64,000 nucleotides of DNA. Origin: Acidimicrobiia bacterium (GTDB taxonomy: Bacteria; Actinomycetota; Acidimicrobiia; Spongiisociales; ZC4RG35). The notes under the pieces were generated by a model. It saw nothing but the letters and a program-made list of their open reading frames with translations. It did no database searches and had not been told where the DNA came from. The stretch lies in NCBI GenBank assembly GCA_046484325.1, contig JAWOJB010000039.1:12686-76685 (forward strand), written 5' to 3'. A program made the position numbers and the translations under genes. Below are positions 57,081 to 64,000 of this stretch, one piece after another. Each line of letters begins with the position of its first letter. The stretch's first letter is position 1.

Positions 57081-58541
57081 TCAGTCCCTGGGAGACAGCC
57101 ATGCCTCGATGATCCGGGCGGCGATCGGGGCCGCCACCGACCCGCCGGTGGCCGATTCGCCGGCACCGCCGCCATCCTCGAGCATGACCGCCACGGCGAT
57201 GCTCGGCGCCTCGACGGGGGCGAATCCGATGAACCAGACATCGGGTGCTCCGGCCCCCGAGCTCTGGGCGGTGCCGGTCTTGCCGGCGACCCGAACGCCC
57301 GGGATCGCGGCCCGGCGCCCGGTTCCCTCGGTCACCACCCGCTCCATCATCTGGGAGAGCACCGCCGCCGTTGCCGGTGAGAGCGATCTCCCCAGGGTGG
57401 CGACCGGATACTCCTCGACGGTCTGGCCGTCGGCGTCGAACAGCTGGGTGACCAGCCGTGGCTGCATGAGCTCGCCGCCGTTGGCAACCGCCGCAGCGGT
57501 CATCGCCATCACGAGGGGGGTGGCCCGGACGTCGCGCTCGCCGAGCGAGCTCTGGGCCAGAGCGGCGTCGTCGTTGGCGAGGGCCCGGGTGGGGAAGGCC
57601 GAGACGGCGACCTCCCACGGGAAGCGGATCGTGCGATTGAAGCCGACGGCCTCGGCGGTCTCCCCCATCGGAACGGCGCCCACGTCGATGCCGAGCTGGG
57701 CGAACACCGTGTTGCAGGACCGGACGTAGCCGAGCGAGACGGTCACCGTGTCCCCGGATCCACACTGCTCCCCGTCGTAGTTGGAGATCGTCGCGGTCGA
57801 ACCGGGGAGCGGGAAGGTGGCGAGGTCGAGGTACTCGGTCTCGGGGCCCGCCACCCCCGAGTCGAAGGCCGCGCCTGCCACCACGGTCTTGAACGTGGAC
57901 CCCGGGGCGGCCAGCTCCTTGGTCGCCCGATCCCGAAGGGGCTCGTCGGGATCGTCGAGCAGGCGCCTGCGCTCGGCGATCGCCCCCGGCCCGAGCAGCA
58001 GCGAGGCGTCGTAGGAGGGGGAGGAGACCAGCACGAGCACGTCGCCGGTGGAGGGCTGGATCGCCACGATCGCCCCCCGCCTCCCGTCGAGGGCGTCGAG
58101 GGCAACCTGGTGGACGGCGGGGTCGATGGTGATCTGCAGGCTGTTGGGGCGGAGGTCGCGTCCCAGGAGCACCGCCAGGAGGTCGGAGATCGTCAGGTCC
58201 CGCTTGGACCGGAGCTCGTCGGCGAACGCCAGTTCCAGACCCGTCGACCCCGCCAGGCGGGAGATGTACCCCACGACGTGGGTGAAGGCCGGCCCGCCCA
58301 GGTACTCGCGCAGGTAGGACTGGGGCAGATCGGAGTCGGGGACCGATCGGGCGAGCACAGTGCCGTCCGCCGTCACGATCACACCCCGCTCCTTGCCGGC
58401 CCGCGAGATGGCGGTTCGAGCGTTGCGAGGGTCGTCCCGGTACCGGTCGACGGCAATCACCTGATACCAGGTCGTGGCGGCGAGCAGAACGAGGAAGCCA
58501 CCCATCAGGGCTGCCACCAGCCGGCGGGCGGGCCCGTTCAC
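57081..58541 (-). CDS. pbpA: class B penicillin-binding protein (PbpA type transpeptidase)
   Basis: C-terminal 486 aa of ORF 57081..59027. GTG start overlaps the rodA stop (GTGA). Motifs STFK, SCN, KTGT. Confidence 0.9.
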   Translation of the reverse strand: MNGPARRLVAALMGGFLVLLAATTWYQVIAVDRYRDDPRNARTAISRAGKERGVIVTADGTVLARSVPDSDLPQSYLREYLGGPAFTHVVGYISRLAGSTGLELAFADELRSKRDLTISDLLAVLLGRDLRPNSLQITIDPAVHQVALDALDGRRGAIVAIQPSTGDVLVLVSSPSYDASLLLGPGAIAERRRLLDDPDEPLRDRATKELAAPGSTFKTVVAGAAFDSGVAGPETEYLDLATFPLPGSTATISNYDGEQCGSGDTVTVSLGYVRSCNTVFAQLGIDVGAVPMGETAEAVGFNRTIRFPWEVAVSAFPTRALANDDAALAQSSLGERDVRATPLVMAMTAAAVANGGELMQPRLVTQLFDADGQTVEEYPVATLGRSLSPATAAVLSQMMERVVTEGTGRRAAIPGVRVAGKTGTAQSSGAGAPDVWFIGFAPVEAPSIAVAVMLEDGGGAGESATGGSVAAPIAARIIEAWLSPRD

Positions 58542-59833
58542 GTGGACTCCTCGTGTGAAACGACGGCCAGGAGCCCGATGATGAGGAAGTTGCCGAGCAG
58601 GGACGACCCGCCGTACGACATGAAGGGCAGGGTGATGCCCGTGAGCGGCACGACCCGCAGCACCCCACCGATGATGAGGAAGGTCTGGAATCCCACGGTG
58701 AACCCGAGGCCGGTGGCGAGCAGCTTGCGGAATCGGTCCCGAGAGCGCAGAGCGATCCCGAAGGCGACGGCCACCGTCAGGGCGTAGAGGCAGAGCACCG
58801 CCACGGAGCCGGCGAACCCGAACTCCTCGGCGACCGCAGCGAAGATGAAGTCGGTGGAGGCGTTGGGGACGAGGTCGGGCCTCCCCACCCCCGGTCCGGA
58901 GCCGGCCAGGCTGCCACTCGCCATCCCGAACAGGCCCTGGGCGATCTGATACCCGGAGCCCTCGAAGTCGGCGAAGGGTCGTAGCCACGCCTCGACCCGC
59001 ACCCGGACGTGGTCGAAGGCGTACCACGCCACCACGGCGGCGGCCCCGGCCAGCATCCCTCCGGCGACCAGATAGCCGCGCTCACCGGTCGCGGCGTAGA
59101 GCATCGCGACGAAGACCCCGAACAGGAGCAATGACGCGCCGAGGTCGCGCTGGGCGACGAGCACGAGAAGGCTGCCCGCCCACACCACCGCCAGCGGGAG
59201 CAGCTGCCGGGGTTCGGGCACACGCACCCGACCGAGCCGGCGGCGGGCACCGGAGAGGGCGGGCTGGCGGTCGGCCAGGTACGCCGCCAGGAAGACGACG
59301 AGGAGCACCTTGGCCAGCTCGGCCGGCTGGAGGTTGAGCTCGACGATGCCGAGATCGACCCGCACCCACAGCCGCGACCCGTTCACGGCGTATCCCTTGA
59401 CGGGCAGAGGTCCCTCGCTCGGAAGGGCGGGGAGGGCGAGCAGCCCGAGCGAGGCAAGCAGGAGCAGGTAGCGATAGCGGCGGAGGGTCTCGGTGCCGGC
59501 CCGCGACAGCCAGATGACGCCGACGGCGGCCAGACCGGCACCGATGACGAGCCACCATCGCTGGAGGGCCGCCCTGGCCGGATCGAGCCGGTAGATCATG
59601 ATCAAACCGAACACCGTGATGAGGGCGACCGGAGGGAGCAGCAGCGGGCTGGCTCCTGGCGCCGTGCGCCGGATCAGTGCCTGGAGGCCGAGGAACGTGA
59701 GCGCCACCGTCATCATCGACAGGCCGACCGTGGCATCCGGCCCGCTCCCCGAGGCCAGTTTGACGAGGGTGAGCCCCAGTCCGGCGAGGGCTGCGGCTCC
59801 GAGGAGGAGGCCGCCCTCGAGGCGTGCGGTCAT
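58538..59833 (-). CDS. rodA: FtsW/RodA/SpoVE-family peptidoglycan glycosyltransferase
   Basis: ORF 58538..59908. Start at MTARLEGG overlapping the PP2C stop (ATGA). Multi-pass membrane protein with QPAELAK and TDFIFA motifs. Confidence 0.9.
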   Translation of the reverse strand: MTARLEGGLLLGAAALAGLGLTLVKLASGSGPDATVGLSMMTVALTFLGLQALIRRTAPGASPLLLPPVALITVFGLIMIYRLDPARAALQRWWLVIGAGLAAVGVIWLSRAGTETLRRYRYLLLLASLGLLALPALPSEGPLPVKGYAVNGSRLWVRVDLGIVELNLQPAELAKVLLVVFLAAYLADRQPALSGARRRLGRVRVPEPRQLLPLAVVWAGSLLVLVAQRDLGASLLLFGVFVAMLYAATGERGYLVAGGMLAGAAAVVAWYAFDHVRVRVEAWLRPFADFEGSGYQIAQGLFGMASGSLAGSGPGVGRPDLVPNASTDFIFAAVAEEFGFAGSVAVLCLYALTVAVAFGIALRSRDRFRKLLATGLGFTVGFQTFLIIGGVLRVVPLTGITLPFMSYGGSSLLGNFLIIGLLAVVSHEEST

Positions 59834-60537
59834 GGCTCGACGTCGACGACCAGGGCGGTGATGTTGTCGTGGCCGCCGGCGCGGTTCGCCGCCTCCACCA
59901 GCCCCCACACCGCCTCCTCGGGGGTGCCCAGCTGGAGGATCTCGTGGATCTCGGCCTCCGACAGCATGCCGCTCACCCCATCCGAGCAGAGGAGCAGGCG
60001 ATCGCCCGCCCGGAACACCACGTCGTCGCGATCGACCTCGAGCCGGTAGGTGAGCCCCAGGGCCCTGGTGAGCATGCTCCGGTGGGGGTGGCCGACCGCC
60101 TCCTCGGCCGTGATCTTCCCGGAGGCCACGTACTGGCGGACCACCGTGTGGTCCTCGGTGATCTGCTCGAGCCGACCCTCTCGTAGCAGGTAGGCCCGGC
60201 TGTCGCCCACGTGGGCGAGGCGGCCTACCAGGTCGTCACCCAGCTCGACGAGGGTCAGCGTGGTGCCCATCCCCGCCAACTCCGGCTTGCGGGTCGCCTC
60301 CTCGAGGATGGCGCTGTTGGCGGCCAGGACGCGCTCTTCGACGCTGCCGTCGACGGCGAGGGCATGTTCGACGGCCATCTGAGATGCGACCTCGCCGGCC
60401 GCGTGCCCGCCCATGCCATCGGCCACCATGACCACCACGGGCCCCTCCCCCCGTCCGGCGGTCGACGGATGCACCGAGTCCTGGTTGACGGGACGGAGAC
60501 GTCCCTGGTGCGAGGCGACCGCCCACAGGTAGCTCAT
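59830..60537 (-). CDS. pstP: PP2C-family Ser/Thr phosphatase (catalytic domain only, no TM)
   Basis: C-terminal 235 aa of ORF 59830..61227 starting MSYLWAVASHQGRLRPVNQD. VADGMGGHAAG, CSDG, GGHDNITALVV. Confidence 0.9.
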   Translation of the reverse strand: MSYLWAVASHQGRLRPVNQDSVHPSTAGRGEGPVVVMVADGMGGHAAGEVASQMAVEHALAVDGSVEERVLAANSAILEEATRKPELAGMGTTLTLVELGDDLVGRLAHVGDSRAYLLREGRLEQITEDHTVVRQYVASGKITAEEAVGHPHRSMLTRALGLTYRLEVDRDDVVFRAGDRLLLCSDGVSGMLSEAEIHEILQLGTPEEAVWGLVEAANRAGGHDNITALVVDVEP

Positions 60538-60947
60538 CGCACCTCCATCACGGTCTTGCCGACCTGGACGGCGTCGCCTCTTGCCAGGTCGACGGGAACG
60601 GTGACGCGACGTCCGTTCACATACGTCCCGTTGGTGCTGCCGAGGTCGCTGAGCACGAGCTTGCCGTCCTTGGTGGTCACACGCAGGTGGAACTCCGAAG
60701 CGTAGGGGTCCTCCAGCATCACGTCGGCCTGCGCGCTCCGGCCGAGCACGACCGAGTCCTCCACGACGATCTCCCGCCCGGCGAGCGAGTCGGACTTCAC
60801 GACCACCAGCCGGCTGCCCGCCCGGCGCCCGCGGCGGGGTGGCCGGAGGCCGAGGTGCGAACCGACCGAACGGGCCACCTGCCAAACGAACAGATAGACG
60901 AGGGCCAGGAAGATGAGCCGCAGCAGCGTGAGCAGCAGATCGGACAC
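60534..60947 (-). CDS. fhaB: FHA-domain protein FhaB/FipA (N-terminal TM plus FHA)
   Basis: ORF 137 aa. TM segment LLTLLRLIFLALVYLFVW. FHA core LGRSAQADVMLEDPYASEFH...DLGSTNGTYVNG. Confidence 0.85.
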   Translation of the reverse strand: MSDLLLTLLRLIFLALVYLFVWQVARSVGSHLGLRPPRRGRRAGSRLVVVKSDSLAGREIVVEDSVVLGRSAQADVMLEDPYASEFHLRVTTKDGKLVLSDLGSTNGTYVNGRRVTVPVDLARGDAVQVGKTVMEVR

Positions 60948-60950
60948 GGG

Positions 60951-61604
60951 TCAGATCTCCTCGAACCGAAACGCGACACCACCCAACGACAAGACCGACC
61001 CGTCCTCGAGATCCACCGGGTCGGGGCCCACCGCCAGCCCGTCGACCGCGGTGCCGTTGGACGAGCCGAGGTCGCGGATGCGGGCATGCCCGTCCCTGCG
61101 CCACACCACTGCATGACGGCGGCTCACCCGAGGGTCGGGGATCACGACATCGCAAGCGTCGGAGCGACCCACGATGGCGCGGTTGTGGCCCACCTCGAAC
61201 ACCCCGGTACCGAGAAGGCGGGCCCACGGGGTGAGCACCCCGGGCGACACCTCCGACCGGCAGGCCAGCGACCCCCGGGCCACCGACTCGTCACCCCGCA
61301 ATTCGACCCGCACCGGTCCCTCGGTCCTCCATCCCCGCTCGGCGATCGAGCCGGCGACGACCTCGGCCACCGCGGCCGTGTAGTCGCCGACCGGCATCTC
61401 GGCCGGGAGGTCGTCGGGGTTGACCGCCACGAAGAACCGGTTGGGCACGGCGGGGCCGGCCTCGGTCTCGGTGGAGGCGAGGTCGGCCTCCCTGACGAGG
61501 CGGCTTGCGAACTCGACGGGTTGGAGCGGGCCGCGGGCGACGAGGCCCACCATCCCGTCGAGCAGCCCTTCGAGCCGCCGTTCCAGACGGCGGGCGATGC
61601 TCAT
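60951..61604 (-). CDS. fhaA: FhaA-like protein (DUF3662 N-domain plus C-terminal FHA), short linker
   Basis: C-terminal 217 aa of ORF 60951..61775 starting MSIARRLERRLEGLLDG. FHA core VGRSDACDVVIPDPRVSRRHA...DLGSSNGTAVDG. Confidence 0.8.
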   Translation of the reverse strand: MSIARRLERRLEGLLDGMVGLVARGPLQPVEFASRLVREADLASTETEAGPAVPNRFFVAVNPDDLPAEMPVGDYTAAVAEVVAGSIAERGWRTEGPVRVELRGDESVARGSLACRSEVSPGVLTPWARLLGTGVFEVGHNRAIVGRSDACDVVIPDPRVSRRHAVVWRRDGHARIRDLGSSNGTAVDGLAVGPDPVDLEDGSVLSLGGVAFRFEEI

Positions 61605-61674
61605 CGTGGGGGAGAGTGTATGTCGCCCGTGCCGGCTTCCTCCGACCGGCGACCCTGTACCATGCCGCTGCCAC

Positions 61675-61759
<85 letters not shown>

Positions 61760-61805
61760 CGAATTGCTCTCGCAACGCACCCGGCCCCGCCGGCTACGGC
61801 TTCTG

Positions 61806-62774
61806 GTGCCGGTCCTGCTCACCGCCTTCGTGGCGGGGGTCGTCGCCATCATCACCTTGGGCTCGAGGTCGCCCGCCGAGACCCTGTATGCCGAGGACCT
61901 GCGCGACACCGCGGTCGAGGCCGCCCGAGCTTCGATGGTCTTCCGGGACCTGCTGGAACGGGCCACCACCGTGGATCGAGCCGAACTGACATCGGTGGTC
62001 GACGAGGTTGAGGACCTGCTCGAGGCCGTCAACGGCTCCCAGCCGCCCCCCGAGGTCGGTCCGGAGGCGCGCGCCCTCCGGTCGCTCCTCACATCGGCTT
62101 CGGCGGCCTGGCTCGAGGGCGTGGTCGGCTTCGAGACGGCGCTTCTCCGGGCGGCCGACGATCCGGCGGCGGTGGCGATGCAGGACTCCATGACGGCGAG
62201 CCTGGCCACGCTCGGGAGTGGCGACCGGATCTACGCGGCCTTCCTCGAGGCGGCGACCGCGCCGGCACTGCCACAGCCGGTGTCCGGCTATCCCGAGGTC
62301 CGGTTCCTGCCGCAAGGGTTCCCATTGGCGGCGACCGTCGATGCGCTGGTCGCCTACGCCCGGGCGCCACTCTCGCCGCTCCGATTGCGGGCCGACGTCG
62401 GCATCGAGCAGGTGACGACCGACCCGGCCTGGGTCGAGAACCAGCAGGGGACGCTGGTCGTCGAGGCCACGGATCTCATCGACGTGGTGGTCGTCGTCTC
62501 GAACCTCGGGAACGCCGAGGCGGCGACCGGCGAGATCCTGTTCGACCTGACGAGCCTCGGTGAGCCGCTCGAGAGCCGGGTGAGCGAGGTGCCGCCGCTC
62601 GCCCCCGGGGCCAAGACCACGATCGTGTTCGAGGGCGTGGCCGTGGTACCGGGCACCCCATACGCCATGGTCGTGCGCCTCGGTGTCCTACCTCCCGAGC
62701 AGCAGACCGACGACAATCTCTACCAGAACGAGTTCCTGGTGAACGAGCCGGTCGACAGTGGATCGGATGGCTGA
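61806..62774 (+). CDS. membrane-anchored hypothetical protein with C-terminal CARDB-like beta-sandwich
   Basis: 3' part of ORF 60687..62774, beyond the tRNA. TM segment LLVPVLLTAFVAGVVAIITL. C-terminal VVVVSNLGNAEAATGEILFDL...TTIVFEGVAV pattern. Start (GTG 61806 or TTG 61764) is uncertain. Confidence 0.5.
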   Translation: MPVLLTAFVAGVVAIITLGSRSPAETLYAEDLRDTAVEAARASMVFRDLLERATTVDRAELTSVVDEVEDLLEAVNGSQPPPEVGPEARALRSLLTSASAAWLEGVVGFETALLRAADDPAAVAMQDSMTASLATLGSGDRIYAAFLEAATAPALPQPVSGYPEVRFLPQGFPLAATVDALVAYARAPLSPLRLRADVGIEQVTTDPAWVENQQGTLVVEATDLIDVVVVVSNLGNAEAATGEILFDLTSLGEPLESRVSEVPPLAPGAKTTIVFEGVAVVPGTPYAMVVRLGVLPPEQQTDDNLYQNEFLVNEPVDSGSDG

Positions 62775-62798
62775 CACCTCTCGGTACCATCGCGCGCC

Positions 62799-64000
62799 GT
62801 GATCGACGTCTCCATCCTGCGATCCGACCCTGGCCTCATCGAACGTTCACTCGCCCGTCGCGGCCTCGACGTCGACCTCGGCGGCCTGGTCGCCCTCGAT
62901 GCCGAGGTGCGCCGCCTCCGCCACGAGGCCGACGAGCTCCGCGCCGAGCAGAAGCGCATCGGCCGCCTCATCGCCACCCTCACCGGAGCCGAGAAGCAGG
63001 AAGCCATCGACGAGGCCGGGAGGTTGGCCGAGCGCCTGAGAGCGCTCGCCGCCGGTGCCGACGAGACCCAAGAGCGCTTCGAACGGGAGTGGATCACACT
63101 TCCCAACCTCGTCGACGAGTCGGCCGCCGACGGCCTCACGGATGCCGACAACGTCGAGCTCCGGCGGGTGGGCGAGGGAGCGTCCGGGGGCCGCGACCAC
63201 GTCGAGGTCGGCGAGGCGCTCGACCTGATCGACACGGTCCGGGGGGCCAAGGTGTCGGGGAGCAGGTTCGGCTACCTCAAGGGACGGGCGGCTTTGCTCG
63301 AGTTCGCCCTGGTGCGGTGGGCGATGGACCGCTTGTCGGCGGCCGGCCACCTGCCGATGATCCCGCCGGTGCTGGTGCGGGAGCAGGCTCTCTTCGGGAC
63401 CGGGTTCTTCCCGAGCGACCGCGAGCAGGTGTACGAGGTCCCGGCCGACGAGCTGTTCCTCGTCGGCACCGCCGAGGTGCCGCTGGCCGCCTATCACGCC
63501 GACGAGATCCTCGACCCCGGGTCGCTTCCCGTCCGTTACGTGGGGTTCTCGACGTGCTTCCGACGGGAGGCGGGCACCTACGGCAAGGACACGGCCGGCA
63601 TCTTCCGGGTGCACCAGTTCGACAAGGTCGAGATGTTCTCGTTCACCCATCCCGAGGGCTCCGGCGAGGAACACGAGCGGCTGCTCTCGCTGGAGGAGGG
63701 CCTGGTTCGCGAGCTCGAGCTCCCGTATCGGGTCGTGAACGTGGCGGCCGGCGATCTCGGTGCGCCGGCGGCCAAGAAGTACGACATCGAGGCATGGTTC
63801 CCGGGCCAGCAGGCCTACCGGGAGATCACGTCGTGCTCGAACACGACCGACTTTCAGGCCAGGCGTCTGCGCATCCGCACCCGGTCCGACGACGGCGGCA
63901 CCCGGCTGGTTCACACCCTCAACGGCACGGCGGTGGCAGTCGGGCGGACGATCCTGGCCATCCTCGAGAACCACCAGCAGCCGAACGGCTCGGTGGCGAT
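62799..64000 (+). CDS. serS: seryl-tRNA synthetase (3' end beyond the window)
   Basis: Absent from the ORF track (open at the right edge). My translation from GTG 62799 gives VIDVSILRSDPGLIERSLARRG..., class II motifs FRREAG, FRVHQFDKVEMF and GRTILAILENHQ. Confidence 0.92.
   Translation, partial: MIDVSILRSDPGLIERSLARRGLDVDLGGLVALDAEVRRLRHEADELRAEQKRIGRLIATLTGAEKQEAIDEAGRLAERLRALAAGADETQERFEREWITLPNLVDESAADGLTDADNVELRRVGEGASGGRDHVEVGEALDLIDTVRGAKVSGSRFGYLKGRAALLEFALVRWAMDRLSAAGHLPMIPPVLVREQALFGTGFFPSDREQVYEVPADELFLVGTAEVPLAAYHADEILDPGSLPVRYVGFSTCFRREAGTYGKDTAGIFRVHQFDKVEMFSFTHPEGSGEEHERLLSLEEGLVRELELPYRVVNVAAGDLGAPAAKKYDIEAWFPGQQAYREITSCSNTTDFQARRLRIRTRSDDGGTRLVHTLNGTAVAVGRTILAILENHQQPNGSVA

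Noticed and set aside
55096-58668. 1190-aa ORF suggesting a giant kinase
   Set aside because: Only the C-terminal 652 aa (from MDLPHSLTDRYEL) are PknB. The upstream 538 aa are an alternative frame across pbpA with Arg/Gly/Pro-rich nonsense, and pbpA motifs (STFK, SCN, KTGT) are in a different frame.

Overview
High-GC actinobacterial-type chromosome segment centred on the replication origin. Gene order closely follows the conserved Actinomycetota ori neighbourhood known from Mycobacterium and Streptomyces.

Core, left part (1-38.4 kb): minus-strand argC-J-B-D-R-G-H with no argF, then an M1 aminopeptidase, the CCA-adding enzyme, a pilT-like ATPase and an HDAC-like deacetylase. A plus-strand, mostly start/stop-overlapping string follows: GNAT, DegV, pseudokinase, ECF sigma, anti-sigma, trxB, trxA, cwlM-like. 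Next come minus-strand parB-parA-rsmG-jag-yidC-yidD-rnpA-rpmH and plus-strand dnaA-dnaN-recF-DUF721-gyrB-gyrA-DUF3566. DnaA-box clusters lie on both sides of dnaA, and one parS-like site lies inside rsmG.

Core, right part (50-64 kb): crgA, trpG, and the fhaA-fhaB-pstP-rodA-pbpA-pknB wall/division operon followed by a MutY-like glycosylase, then tRNA-Leu and the start of serS.

Accessory stretch (about 38.4-49.9 kb), visibly lower in GC from about 41.3 kb:
- A lipoprotein / SprT-like / unknown operon, a GNAT, and a LipJ-like alpha/beta-hydrolase-adenylyl-cyclase fusion.
- A gene graveyard on the 3' side of tRNA-Ile: a cyclase-ATPase remnant, a truncated STAND ATPase and a frameshifted tyrosine integrase.
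- A roughly 4.8 kb insertion separating tRNA-Ile from tRNA-Ala. It carries a 988-aa SARP-NTPase-TPR regulator, a small SARP, and a small membrane protein made of three tandem 20-residue repeats.

I see no CRISPR array, rRNA, intact transposase or recognisable complete defence system. The most unusual items are:
- the triple-repeat protein flanked by two SARP regulators;
- the stand-alone MviN-type pseudokinase coupled to the ECF sigma gene;
- the PilT-like ATPase with an Arg in place of the Walker A lysine;
- the mosaic pseudogene junctions next to tRNA-Ile.

Many long ORFs in the track are antisense or upstream-extension artefacts of high GC. Start codons were re-chosen by hand where motifs or 4-nt start/stop overlaps allowed.
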